Shown here piece after piece: positions 8,899-18,708 of a stretch of 64,000 nucleotides of DNA. Made by a program: the position numbers and the translations under genes. Under the pieces are notes generated by a model that searched no databases, was not told the origin of the DNA, and saw only the letters and a list, made by a program, of their open reading frames with translations. Position 1 is the first letter of the stretch. Every line of letters starts with the position of its first letter. This stretch comes from Methanobacteriota archaeon (GTDB lineage Archaea > Halobacteriota > Bog-38 > Methanoflorentales > Methanoflorentaceae): NCBI GenBank assembly GCA_963720465.1, contig OY970393.1, positions 2,112,001 through 2,176,000 of the forward strand. Reading direction: 5' to 3'.

Positions 8899-9837
8899 CT
8901 ATATCCCAAATGATTCCGCGAGCACCGCTTCGTTCAATCGGCCAAACTTGAGCGTGTTATTTGATTGCGCATCCGTGATCGTGACTTGGGCAGGTGCGAA
9001 CATGAACTTGTCTATCTTATAAAAATCATGGTTTGCGTCTTTGAAGGTTTGGTAAAACGGCTTGCCATAGGACGCAGACGTTTCCGAGGGCAGTTTTTCG
9101 AATAGCTCGTCGTACTTATTGACCGTCATGAAGACATTTCCATAGTAGATTATGCCATCGTTCGTCATGCCCATCGCTCGAAGTGAGTCCTTTGTGACGG
9201 GCGCGATCGGGCACGAACCGGCTGCGCTCATTATTTGTAACGTGTCATATCCCAGTTCAGCGGCTTTGTAAACGGCGACTTCAACTACTCTGCCGGCCAC
9301 CTGAACAGTCCCGACAATTGATGACGTCGGCGCGTTAAGAAGTGTCAATTTTGAAGGCTCGAGGTTGCATTGCTCGGCGATCTCGTCTGCAACCTTCTCA
9401 TCGGGCAAATGGTCGCATTCAAGTGCGATTACCCCAAAATCATAATCATCTTCGTAGTCTATCAGTTCGTACGTCTTCTTCGGCTGGCACGACAAAGCTC
9501 GCGCCGGTCCTGAACCCATTGCACTGTAGTTATCGCCCCTTATCGACCAGCCCGCTTTCTGAGACCCAAGCGTGGCAAGAGCGGGATGGTCTGTAAAAAC
9601 GTGGATAAACACCAGGGGCGTATCTTTCAACGTCTGCACAGTGAGCCTGACAGACCCGAGCCCACCGAGGCATATTTCGGTAAACATCTCGCCAGCTTCG
9701 TAGCCACCCTCAACATTAACGCCGCAGTCAATAACCGTAGAACCGTTGTCAAGCTCAAGCGCCTCGATCTTCAGTTCTTCGGTGTAGTCTAACATTTCTT
9801 CAACGATTCCCATAGAGATTTCATTAACGCTAAGCAC
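8899..9837 (-). CDS. mch: Methenyltetrahydromethanopterin cyclohydrolase
   Basis: MLSVNE, EICLGGLG, GSQKAGW, GSGPARAL, TNDGIIYYG, FAPAQV. Confidence 0.97.
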   Translation of the reverse strand: MLSVNEISMGIVEEMLDYTEELKIEALELDNGSTVIDCGVNVEGGYEAGEMFTEICLGGLGSVRLTVQTLKDTPLVFIHVFTDHPALATLGSQKAGWSIRGDNYSAMGSGPARALSCQPKKTYELIDYEDDYDFGVIALECDHLPDEKVADEIAEQCNLEPSKLTLLNAPTSSIVGTVQVAGRVVEVAVYKAAELGYDTLQIMSAAGSCPIAPVTKDSLRAMGMTNDGIIYYGNVFMTVNKYDELFEKLPSETSASYGKPFYQTFKDANHDFYKIDKFMFAPAQVTITDAQSNNTLKFGRLNEAVLAESFGI

Positions 9838-9915
9838 ATTATCAACTCCAAGATTTAGATAGGATAAAGGCTATATTTCTCTTGCGATCAGACTTGTATG
9901 CCTCAGCGGGGGTGA

Positions 9916-10836
9916 TTAGTCAGCTCTAGCTTCCATACGTACTTTGGCTATTTCAAGATGCCTCAGTTTGTCAAAGGCAGCCAATCGAGGCAAATTGGCG
10001 AGCGTTTTACTCGGAGAAATCCAAACGTGCTCTTGACCAAAGGCTTCAATGAACGGGCCAACCCGCTTTTCGAGAGCTTCAATTGATTCTGGTTGCGCCT
10101 TTGATGAATCTACACATCCTACACAGGCTACTTTTTCGTGCACCTCAAAAAGTTCTTTAAATTTAAGCGTCGCGTTATTCTGGGCGAAATCAACAACGTC
10201 AAAGGAAATGACCGCGATTTTTGCTTCTAACAGCTTTGGAAAGGCTTCGCTCACGTTTCCTTCGAAGTGACAAACGGGCGTTTTCACTCTTTTGAAAAGT
10301 ACCGACAGCAGGTCTAAAAATACGTCAAGATCGCGGACGATCCCGATGGGTTCGATGATTTGGATCAAGCTTGCGTGGTTCTCTCTCAGCGCGTCGATTT
10401 CGTAGCGAAGCACAGATGCTATATCAAATAGCAAGTTCACGTCATGTTTGGATCTGTACGGCGCTTTTGGGTCTAGTACGCAGCTTTCGGCAAATGAGAA
10501 CGGGCCCGGCAACACTGCCTTGACACGCGCTACGTCGCCACATTCTCTCGCAGCCGTAAGAAAATCCAATTCTGCTGTTGTACTGTGCAGAGTCCCCAAG
10601 GTGTTTTGAATTCGTGGGCGATCATCCATAAGCATTCCGGGAACATTGGATGCGAGCAGGTGAGTGACATGCCTCACTTGACCGTCTGTAACGATGTCCA
10701 CGCCGGCTCTTAGCTGGTCCTGAACCGCCTTTTTGACCGCAACGGTGAATGGGTTCTCGCCACCTACTCGGACGTATTCTCGTATAGAGTTGAGGTCCGG
10801 TCGTGTTGGGTAACCGCTCAAGTTCGCTGAGAGCAT
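9916..10836 (-). CDS. Single-barrel MetE/MesA-like protein lacking the Zn-binding cysteines
   Basis: SGYP, AVQDQLRAGVDIVTDGQVR, KAVLPGPFSF, GCVD; HFEG in place of HxC; PSKTL in place of PDCGL. Confidence 0.75.
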   Translation of the reverse strand: MLSANLSGYPTRPDLNSIREYVRVGGENPFTVAVKKAVQDQLRAGVDIVTDGQVRHVTHLLASNVPGMLMDDRPRIQNTLGTLHSTTAELDFLTAARECGDVARVKAVLPGPFSFAESCVLDPKAPYRSKHDVNLLFDIASVLRYEIDALRENHASLIQIIEPIGIVRDLDVFLDLLSVLFKRVKTPVCHFEGNVSEAFPKLLEAKIAVISFDVVDFAQNNATLKFKELFEVHEKVACVGCVDSSKAQPESIEALEKRVGPFIEAFGQEHVWISPSKTLANLPRLAAFDKLRHLEIAKVRMEARAD

Positions 10837-10837
10837 G

Positions 10838-11905
10838 CTATGAACCCGCCGGCAGCATTTTTTCTTGTTGCGTCTCTCGGTACGTCCTGTACAAAGCGAG
10901 GGCCAGGCCGTAAGCCGCCGGCCCTATGACGAAGCCGATCGGCCCGAGTGCTAAAATGGGGGCCGTGAACGCAAGAATCGTCAGTGCTTGAGGCACCCTG
11001 CCCGTGCGATGGGCCCACATCGGAAGTATGTACAAACCTACAAGTTGATCAAGCACTGCCCAGCTAAAAATCAAAAGAACCACGGCTCTTATCGGATCTC
11101 CGATAAGCAGGTAATACAATGTGAGCGGTACGTACACGATTGCTCGCCCAATGACTGGGATCAGCCCAAAAATCGCAATGAGTATTGCGAACGTAATGAA
11201 ATAGGGCACACCGAGGATTGCATATCCCACAGCCGCTAAGATGCCACTCACGATACTAGATCCGAGATTGACGACGTAGAGTGAGTAATAAATGAGTTGT
11301 AGGTGTCCCAGAAACCGATTTACGACGGTTTGATACTCCGCCGGTACTAGCGTGGTCATCTCGTCGAAGAAATCCTTGCCACGCAGCAAGAGGTAGTAGA
11401 GAAGCAAAGTCACGATCACCAGTTCGACGATGTAGAGCGGTATGTTTAGAATCACCCGTTCTATGACACTTGTTGAACTCGCTAGCAGATCCTGCAGAAT
11501 GGTCGACAATATCTGAGAGATCCTACCCTGTAAGCTTGCCACTTGGAGGCTCTCGCTTATTCGCGCGCTAAGGTTCGTGATTAGACTTGCGAAGCCCTGG
11601 TTGAGCAAGTTGTTAAGGTTTTCAGAAGAGATAGACAAACTCGCGATCTCACTGTACAATATGTAAACGATGTCTAGCAATACGAAAGCGAGCGCCGCGA
11701 AGATGGAAACGATGACGATTAGAATGGCGCTTCGCCGTCGGTGTATGCGTTTTTCGAGCCACGCAGTGGGGTATTGTAGAATAAAAGCGAGCAACAGCGT
11801 TATGGCAATGACGTCTTTGAATGGCCACGAGATAAAGACAAGGACTGTGGCAACACTCGCTACGAGAACTAGGAGTACTAGCCTATCGCGTAGCTTTTTG
11901 TCCAT
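10838..11905 (-). CDS. AI-2E family transporter
   Basis: Multi-TM; LAFILQYP, LIPVIG, LGPIGFVIGP. Confidence 0.9.
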   Translation of the reverse strand: MDKKLRDRLVLLVLVASVATVLVFISWPFKDVIAITLLLAFILQYPTAWLEKRIHRRRSAILIVIVSIFAALAFVLLDIVYILYSEIASLSISSENLNNLLNQGFASLITNLSARISESLQVASLQGRISQILSTILQDLLASSTSVIERVILNIPLYIVELVIVTLLLYYLLLRGKDFFDEMTTLVPAEYQTVVNRFLGHLQLIYYSLYVVNLGSSIVSGILAAVGYAILGVPYFITFAILIAIFGLIPVIGRAIVYVPLTLYYLLIGDPIRAVVLLIFSWAVLDQLVGLYILPMWAHRTGRVPQALTILAFTAPILALGPIGFVIGPAAYGLALALYRTYRETQQEKMLPAGS

Positions 11906-12010
11906 AGATCCTGTGCGGCCCCTTCCTCAACTCACTACTCATCCGAGATCAAGCTTTCTATGCGCGCGCATCGACAGCGTTATTATCTCCGTCCTCGTGT
12001 AATTCACCGC

Positions 12011-12370
12011 ATGGACCGACTAAACAAGATCTTTGAATTGCAGGCGAGCTTTGACGAATCCGTTCAAAATCGCGCCCCTTTTAACGAGTGGAGCAGAGAA
12101 GACCAGGTCGTCGCCTTGCTTGGGCATTTGATACAGGAGTCTTACGAGACGCGCAACACGCTAGGCGTCGTCATCACCGGTGAGAGGAAGTGGTGGAAAA
12201 AACACACACTGTCTGCGGAAAAGTGGGCTAGCGTTCACGAAGAACTAATTGATTGCTTGCACTTCCTCGTGTCTGCAATGATCAGCGCAGGTCTGACGCC
12301 ACAAACTGTCATCGAAGCGTATGAAAAAAAGAACCTCGTTAATAGAAAGAGGCAAGCTGAGGACTACTAA
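12011..12370 (+). CDS. Dimeric all-alpha dUTPase
   Basis: IFELQASFD, KWWKK, EELIDCLHF, YEKKNLVNRKRQ. Confidence 0.85.
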   Translation: MDRLNKIFELQASFDESVQNRAPFNEWSREDQVVALLGHLIQESYETRNTLGVVITGERKWWKKHTLSAEKWASVHEELIDCLHFLVSAMISAGLTPQTVIEAYEKKNLVNRKRQAEDY

Positions 12371-13557
12371 ATCTTAATCTTTCCATACCAACCGCCCCTG
12401 CCCACAAACTCGAAGTCGATAGCGTCTTTTCTGAACCGTTCAAGCACTTCCGCGAGTTCTGGGTGCTGTTGCCTCACATCACCTAGAGGCGCATCGATTA
12501 GAATGTTTATTTCGTTATGAAATTCCCGTATCAGTTCGCCGTAACTCTTCTTGACGTTCATAGCCTTAGACCGCTTCATAGCCTTGGACCGCTTCATAGC
12601 CTTCAGTATCTCTAAGAGCGGCACAGTGTGTCTATAAGGTGGTCTTCGTGCTAATGGAACCTCGCCACTCTTGAGCGCAAGGAGTCGAATTCTATCTTTG
12701 ACACCTATTTTGAGTGGCCCGCCGCACTCGGGACAGGTTTTTAGCACGTTTCCGTCAACGGTGATATCTTCTAGGTCGTAAGCTTTTTTGCAGCGATGAC
12801 ATCCTGTCAGATGGTACTTGCCCTCTCGTGGATCGAGACCCACGTTGAGGGCTACCCCCCGACCGTTGACGCCTTGGAATGCTCGACGTATCTCTTTAAA
12901 ACTTGGGCGTCGCAAGCAGAATCGCGTAAACTCTCTGCCTAACTTGTCAGGCACCGCGGAATGTGCGTCACTGAAAGACACGAAGGCGCATGAATCCAAC
13001 TCTGCTAGCTTGCTGGCCATTTCGGTGTCGGCACTTAGTCCAAGCTCTAGAAAAGTGACAAGATCTGTATTCTCCCCATAACACTCACGAATGCTATCGT
13101 AAGCGGCATACATTGATGTCCAAGGAGTGAAGGCGTGTGACGGCCCCGCGAGTGCGTCGACGTCACGAACTAAACTAATAAGCTCTTCAGGCGATACTCT
13201 GAGCTGAGGTCTGCCGCCAGTTAATTGGGAATACCCGTTGTCCAACACCACTTCGCGCAGTTCGTGCGCGGAAGAGAAATTCGGAAACAATATCACATGA
13301 TGAACACGCCCCTTGACCGTTGTTTCAATTTCAGTTTGAATAACATACGCAATTCCATCAATCTCGTAACAGTCTCCACGCTTTTCTAAGCTCGATTCTA
13401 GCTCTTCTAGCCATGCGCTGTGAAGACTATCGCCAGTTCCGAGCACTTGAATGCCTTTCAAATGAGCAGTTTCACACATTCGCGGCAGATCCATCTTGGG
13501 GCTCGTCGCGATGCTGAAACGTGAGTGCACGTGCAGATCTACGTCAAAGTGCTTCAT
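12367..13557 (-). CDS. endoQ: Endonuclease Q (TIGR00375, PHP domain plus Zn ribbon)
   Basis: DLHVHSRFS, GTGDSLH, HAFTPWTS, ELGLSAD, SDAHS, LGRE, GKYHLTGCHRC, CPECGG. Confidence 0.9.
   Translation of the reverse strand: MKHFDVDLHVHSRFSIATSPKMDLPRMCETAHLKGIQVLGTGDSLHSAWLEELESSLEKRGDCYEIDGIAYVIQTEIETTVKGRVHHVILFPNFSSAHELREVVLDNGYSQLTGGRPQLRVSPEELISLVRDVDALAGPSHAFTPWTSMYAAYDSIRECYGENTDLVTFLELGLSADTEMASKLAELDSCAFVSFSDAHSAVPDKLGREFTRFCLRRPSFKEIRRAFQGVNGRGVALNVGLDPREGKYHLTGCHRCKKAYDLEDITVDGNVLKTCPECGGPLKIGVKDRIRLLALKSGEVPLARRPPYRHTVPLLEILKAMKRSKAMKRSKAMNVKKSYGELIREFHNEINILIDAPLGDVRQQHPELAEVLERFRKDAIDFEFVGRGGWYGKIKI
12557..12603. repeat. In-frame 18-bp tandem repeat (2.6 copies) within endoQ
   Basis: ttcatagccttagaccgc / ttcatagccttggaccgc / ttcatagcctt, encoding KAMKRS repeats. 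Confidence 0.9.
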
Positions 13558-13695
13558 CTCTGGGTATTTCGTAAAACAGATATAAATAGCTAAATACCTC
13601 ATAATCGCTATCGTGAAGACGAACATCCAAGTAGTTTTTAAGTCAAGAAAAAGAGTATACGTGGGAAAGCTAGACGCCTGAAGCGATTGAGCTCT

Positions 13696-14568
13696 ATGGA
13701 TAAACTTTACACAGCAATCACTGAGGCTGCCAATGAGCTGGCAAAAAAAATCAATGCAGCACATATTTTTGTGATCTCAGATGCATCGTGTATCGAGGTG
13801 TCCTGCGACGTCCCTTCAACTTTTATTGAAACCTCTTCGCTAACGAAAGGTGTCACTAATGAGTTGCAAGACCTCCTAAGCGAAAGCGCAACCCAGGACC
13901 TCAAAACTAAAATCGTCGCACCAGCGCTCAATGATTTCGCGCTTGTGCAGGACATTGCCACCGCGGCCTATGTTCAGGATGTAGTAAGTGGGGGCTACAT
14001 CGTTGGTGTGTTATGCCTGGCGGATCTATCGTCTATCGTTGTCTGTGACGTCAAACAGCTTGTAACGGTGCAGGCTATAGATCGGACAGCGGAACGCGTG
14101 GAGCCAACGGCGCTAAAAGCGGTGTTGCGATTGGCTCTTGAATTGGGAAGAGAGGGCCGAGAGGGCAAGAAAGTGGGAACGGCATTCATAGTTGGAGACA
14201 CGAATGAAGTGCTAAGAAGATCTCATCAGCTTATTCTAAATCCGTACAAGGGACACGCCGAAGATATGCGGGACATAAAGAATCCATCGCATTGGGAAAC
14301 CGTCAAAGAATTTGCTCAGATAGACGGCGTGTTTATCGTAGATGAGAAAGGTTTCATCACATCAGCCGGCAGATACTTAGACGTAAACACAAAATCAATA
14401 GAGTTAGAGGGGTTAGGGGGGCGACATTTATCGGCGCTCGCGATCACGCGCGAGACACACGCAATAGCAATAACCGTTTCAGAAAGCGGGGGAACAGTCC
14501 GCCTTTTCAAAGACGGCATCGAAACCAGAATCGAGCCGAGCGCTGACCTATTTATGCTCCTACCTTAA
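13696..14568 (+). CDS. dacZ: Archaeal diadenylate cyclase
   Basis: EGREGKKVGTAF, KEFAQIDG, GLGGRH, VSESGG (DAC domain). Confidence 0.9.
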   Translation: MDKLYTAITEAANELAKKINAAHIFVISDASCIEVSCDVPSTFIETSSLTKGVTNELQDLLSESATQDLKTKIVAPALNDFALVQDIATAAYVQDVVSGGYIVGVLCLADLSSIVVCDVKQLVTVQAIDRTAERVEPTALKAVLRLALELGREGREGKKVGTAFIVGDTNEVLRRSHQLILNPYKGHAEDMRDIKNPSHWETVKEFAQIDGVFIVDEKGFITSAGRYLDVNTKSIELEGLGGRHLSALAITRETHAIAITVSESGGTVRLFKDGIETRIEPSADLFMLLP

Positions 14569-14569
14569 T

Positions 14570-14601
14570 GCGATCACTCAGCTGAGGCGATTACTCAGCT
14601 G
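14570..14601. repeat. 15-bp direct repeat with 17-bp period
   Basis: gcgatcactcagctg / gcgattactcagctg just after the dacZ stop. Confidence 0.7.
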
Positions 14602-14788
14602 CAGAGGTCTTAGCACCGAATCAGCGAAGTGAATCTCTCTTTGTTCTCTCAGAATTTGCTCGCCTATCGTTTTTGGGCTCGCCGATTTATATTTCCTTTG
14701 GTCTAGCTGTCTGTTCAATCCGCGCGCTGAAAAAGCGTCTTGTGTGAGGAGCTAAAAAGAAAGCTGAATGCACGAGTGACAACGTTTA

Positions 14789-14894
14789 TGCGGGGGGTGC
14801 GATTTGAACGCACGAACTCCTATGAGACAGGGTATCTTACTTGCACGTCGCAGCCCTAAGCCCTGCGCCTTTGACCTAGCTTGGCAACCCCCGC
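14789..14894 (-). tRNA. tRNA-Leu(TAG) with a 21-nt intron at 37/38 (intron 14834-14854)
   Basis: Cloverleaf GCGGGGG/CCCCCGC; CAGGG-CTTAGG|intron|A-CCCTG; canonical BHB (CTTA/TAAG helix with two 3-nt bulges). Confidence 0.97.
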
Positions 14895-14903
14895 TAAGCA
14901 CTC

Positions 14904-15488
14904 TCATGTGTTGCTATTATTTAAAAATCTGGCTGCAGCGTATGCAACGATTATGAAGACCGGTGTAAGCAGGAAAGTGAAAATGGCGATCTGCGTGATA
15001 TCGCCTGTCGGTATGGGTGGGTGAGTGCCCAAAAAATAATCCGCGTAATCGTTTGCAAAAAACCATATGAGCGCAACGGCGATGAACCTCTGCCTCAGAT
15101 GTCGAATTAACATCACCGGCAGAATGAACTCGGCAGCCATCGCGACGTGCAAAAGAACCAGCAGTGAGTAGAAACTACTGTCGATTGAAAAATAGAACCC
15201 AGCGAAGGTCAAAATGACGAATACGGTCCACGTGCCGTATTTTGCCAATCCTATTGCGGTGATGAAATTGACGAGATCGGAACTACGCCTCGTGCTCACG
15301 TAAACGGCGAAAATTGCCGCGGCGAGCATAGTGTACAGAGGGCAGTCTGGAATGAATATCCAATAAACCGGGCTCGAAGAAACTAGCTGATCCCAGTAGT
15401 AGTAGAAGCCGATTAGCGTTCCCGCGACGTTGATAATTATGATCGCAACTAATAGCGGCGTGTTTTCCAAGATACCGCGGAGTTTCAC
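14904..15488 (-). CDS. DUF1405 membrane protein
   Basis: GFYYYWDQL, FIPDCP, KYGTW, NDYADYFLGTHP. Confidence 0.88.
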   Translation of the reverse strand: MKLRGILENTPLLVAIIIINVAGTLIGFYYYWDQLVSSSPVYWIFIPDCPLYTMLAAAIFAVYVSTRRSSDLVNFITAIGLAKYGTWTVFVILTFAGFYFSIDSSFYSLLVLLHVAMAAEFILPVMLIRHLRQRFIAVALIWFFANDYADYFLGTHPPIPTGDITQIAIFTFLLTPVFIIVAYAAARFLNNSNT

Positions 15489-15973
15489 GTCGTGTATTCA
15501 CTCCTAATCTCTCGAGCGGGCACACCGCCGACCAGAGCGTCGCTGGTGATGTCTCGGTTAACAAGAGAGCAAGCAGAAATCGTGGCTCCGCTTCCGATGA
15601 CTACGCCTGCTAGGACAGTCGAGTTTGCTCCTATCAGAACATTTTTGCCGATTTCGATCGGGCCTTTTTTCCATTTGCCTATCAGGAATTCGTGACAAAG
15701 CAGGGTAGACCCGTATCCGATGATGGAGTTGTCGCCAATTTCTATAAGTTCAGGAAAAAAGATGTCAAAAGTGACTTCCAGACCGACAGAAACGTTCTTG
15801 CCGATTTTGATCCCAATTGAACGATATAGCGCGTTTTTTGTTTTCAGTGAAGGCATCGAGCCGCATACGCGCACAACGACGTAGTTTAGGGCCACTCGCA
15901 GCGGGTTTTTGACTTTGGACCAGTCCCACATTGAGTTACGTTCGTGAGCCGCATACTCTGTTAATCGACGCAC
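15485..15973 (-). CDS. Hexapeptide-repeat acyltransferase
   Basis: LbH repeats, LLCHEF, VGGVPAR; probable GTG start at 15973. Confidence 0.88.
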   Translation of the reverse strand: MRRLTEYAAHERNSMWDWSKVKNPLRVALNYVVVRVCGSMPSLKTKNALYRSIGIKIGKNVSVGLEVTFDIFFPELIEIGDNSIIGYGSTLLCHEFLIGKWKKGPIEIGKNVLIGANSTVLAGVVIGSGATISACSLVNRDITSDALVGGVPAREIRSEYTT

Positions 15974-16098
15974 GTAGTATTCAACGCGTATCTCTCGATT
16001 TATAGTTTTACCAAAACATTTAATTTTAATGCGGAGAGGATTCTGAGTGTAATTTTGTTCATTTAACTGGTAAATCAATTGGAAAACGGAGGCCTGTC

Positions 16099-17412
16099 AT
16101 GTTTGGATCTTCCGGAATTCGCGGAGTGGCCAACAAGGAGCTGACCTCAGAATTGGCGCTCAGTGTTGGGCTAGCCGTCGGATCTCGATGCAAATCTGCC
16201 GTTATAGGCAGAGATCCTCGGATCGCAAGCGAGATGGTTGAATATGCGCTTATCTCAGGGCTCACCGCCTGTGGGTGTGACGTCACTCGAATCGGCCTCG
16301 TCTCGACGCCGACTCTTTCTTACGCAGCCCGCAACTACGAATGTGGGGTTATGGTTACAGCCTCACATAACCCTGCTGAATATGTTGGCATCAAATTGTG
16401 GAACGCAGATGGCACTTCATTTAATAGCGAGCAGCAGGAAGACATCGAGTCATTGATCACGGAAGAAGAATCGCACCCTGCGTACAGAGGTAAGCGGGCC
16501 GGCTGGGACGCTATTGGCAACATTGCGTCTTATGGCAATGCCATCGATGACCATAAAAAGAACATCCTTAGTCATTTCACCGACGTAAGCTGTCGCGTGG
16601 TTGTCGATTGCGGCTCAGGCGCAGGGGCGACAATCACGCCATACGTGCTTAGAGAGATGGGATGCGACATCATCACGCTGAATGCGCAGCCCGATGGGTT
16701 CTTCCCCGCAAGAAATCCAGAGCCTATAAAAAGCAACTTAAACCTCCTCATTGAAGCTGTGCGAAGCTTCCGCGCCGATATCGGTATAGCCCACGACGGT
16801 GACGCCGATCGTATGATGGCGGTCGACCGAAGTGGCAGGTATATTGCCGGCGATGAAATGCTCGCGTTGTTCGGCGTGAACGAGGCAAAAAAGATTGCAG
16901 TTTATCCCGTTGACGTTTCGCACATGGTCGATGACGTTCTCACCTGCGCAATTCATCGAACACGCGTAGGTGACGTGTACGTCGCGGAAGAGGTCAAGCG
17001 TGCAGGAGCGGACTTCGGTGGCGAAAGTAGCGGTAGCTGGATTTTTCCCCGGATTTCATATACTCCGGACGGTATCTATGCGGCGGCACTGATCGTGTCG
17101 ATCGCTAGTCGGCAATCGATCTCCGACGTGATTGCACGGTTTCCCAAGTATCACATTTTGCGGGGGTCGGTCACCTACAGCAGCCGAAACGATCCAATGG
17201 CTGCGATTACTCAAGAATTGCGCTCTCTCGAATATACTGAGATAATAACCATTGACGGCGTAAGGCTTGATTTTGAAGACGGCTGGATGCTAGTGAGAAG
17301 ATCAGGAACAGAACCGAAGATAAGAATTACAGCGGAGGCAAGAGACTCAGCAATGGCAAAACGGCTTTATGAAAAAGCGTCGGCATTAGTGCAGAGGCAC
17401 ATAGAATGTTAG
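16099..17412 (+). CDS. glmM: Phosphoglucosamine mutase
   Basis: FGSSGIRG, TASHNP, DGDADR, RRSGTEPKIR. Confidence 0.93.
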   Translation: MFGSSGIRGVANKELTSELALSVGLAVGSRCKSAVIGRDPRIASEMVEYALISGLTACGCDVTRIGLVSTPTLSYAARNYECGVMVTASHNPAEYVGIKLWNADGTSFNSEQQEDIESLITEEESHPAYRGKRAGWDAIGNIASYGNAIDDHKKNILSHFTDVSCRVVVDCGSGAGATITPYVLREMGCDIITLNAQPDGFFPARNPEPIKSNLNLLIEAVRSFRADIGIAHDGDADRMMAVDRSGRYIAGDEMLALFGVNEAKKIAVYPVDVSHMVDDVLTCAIHRTRVGDVYVAEEVKRAGADFGGESSGSWIFPRISYTPDGIYAAALIVSIASRQSISDVIARFPKYHILRGSVTYSSRNDPMAAITQELRSLEYTEIITIDGVRLDFEDGWMLVRRSGTEPKIRITAEARDSAMAKRLYEKASALVQRHIEC

Positions 17413-18638
17413 CGGTCATACTTGGTGCAGGCGAAGGCACACGGATGCGCCCACTGACTTATAACCGCCCCAAAGTTATGCTCCCGGTACTAGGCACGCC
17501 CATACTCGAACGCATAGTTAGCTCATGTGTCAAAGCAGGCATTTTGCGCATAATAATCGTAACCGGTTATCACGAGGAAGCAATTCGTTCACATTTCGAT
17601 AAGGCGGAGCTCGGAGCCCAGATTGAGTACGTCCGGCAAGAACAGCAATGCGGGACGGCCAACGCAATTAACCAGGTTAGGGATCTCGTAGACGAGCGTT
17701 TTCTCGCGTTAAATGGCGATAGCTTGGTGAGCCCACTCACATTGAAGCTCCTCACAGAGACAGCTCCAGACCGAGTAGTCCTTATCGCCGCGAAGAGAGT
17801 GAAAGAACCGAGCAACTATGGCATACTAGAAGTCACTGACGACGCTGTGGTTCGAATAGCGGAAAAACCCAATGAGCCCGTGTCTGATTTGGCAAATCTC
17901 GGTATTTACGCCTTTGAGCCGGATATCTTCGAGTGCATAGCTGAGACGCGGAAGTCGGCAAGGGGGGAGTACGAGATCACTGACGCCATACAATTGCTGA
18001 TCGATCAGGGCTACCGAGTTGGGTACGCGAAGGTTGAGGAGGAGTGGATCGACATAGGAAGGCCCTGGGACTTGTTGAGCGCAAATGAGCTTCTGTTGCA
18101 GACGCTCGAGAGCGCGAACGAAGGGGTCGTCGAGCCTCTTGCGACGTTAAAAGGTGTGGTGCGAATCGGGCGTGACTCGGTCATAAAAAATGGCGCGTAC
18201 GTTACTGGGCCGGTCATAATCGGCGAAGGATGCGAAATCGGGCCCAACTGCCTCTTACGCGCAGGTGCCTGCATAGGGAATCGAGTCAAGATCGGCAATG
18301 CCGTCGAAGTGAAAAACTCAATCATAATGGATGATAGTAAAATCGGACATTTGTCGTACGTCGGGGACAGCATCATCGGCATGCGCTGCAATTTCGGTGC
18401 CGGTACCACAGTCGCCAATCTGCGTTTTGACGAGAAGCTCATTAAACTCGGGGGCGCGGACACCGGTAGGCGGAAACTAGGGGTCATCATGGGTGACGAC
18501 GTGCGCACAGGCATTAACAGCATGATAAACGTCGGCACGTCGATTGGTCCCGGATCGACACTCGGCGTGGGTGTCGTGGCTGCCGGAGTTTATCCTCCAG
18601 GGTCGCGAATCGAATCGAAATCTACGACGCTGCAATGA
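17406..18638 (+). CDS. glmU: Bifunctional sugar-1-phosphate nucleotidylyltransferase/acetyltransferase
   Basis: GAGEGTRMRPLT, EKP, RGEYEITD, HLSYVGDS, NFGAGT, LbH tail. Confidence 0.93.
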   Translation: MLAVILGAGEGTRMRPLTYNRPKVMLPVLGTPILERIVSSCVKAGILRIIIVTGYHEEAIRSHFDKAELGAQIEYVRQEQQCGTANAINQVRDLVDERFLALNGDSLVSPLTLKLLTETAPDRVVLIAAKRVKEPSNYGILEVTDDAVVRIAEKPNEPVSDLANLGIYAFEPDIFECIAETRKSARGEYEITDAIQLLIDQGYRVGYAKVEEEWIDIGRPWDLLSANELLLQTLESANEGVVEPLATLKGVVRIGRDSVIKNGAYVTGPVIIGEGCEIGPNCLLRAGACIGNRVKIGNAVEVKNSIIMDDSKIGHLSYVGDSIIGMRCNFGAGTTVANLRFDEKLIKLGGADTGRRKLGVIMGDDVRTGINSMINVGTSIGPGSTLGVGVVAAGVYPPGSRIESKSTTLQ

Positions 18639-18708
18639 AGCGCATCGCCTCATAGCAGATGATAAGCTATTTAGCCGATGGAGCTCGTAAGCTCAGAGGA
18701 GACGAGAC

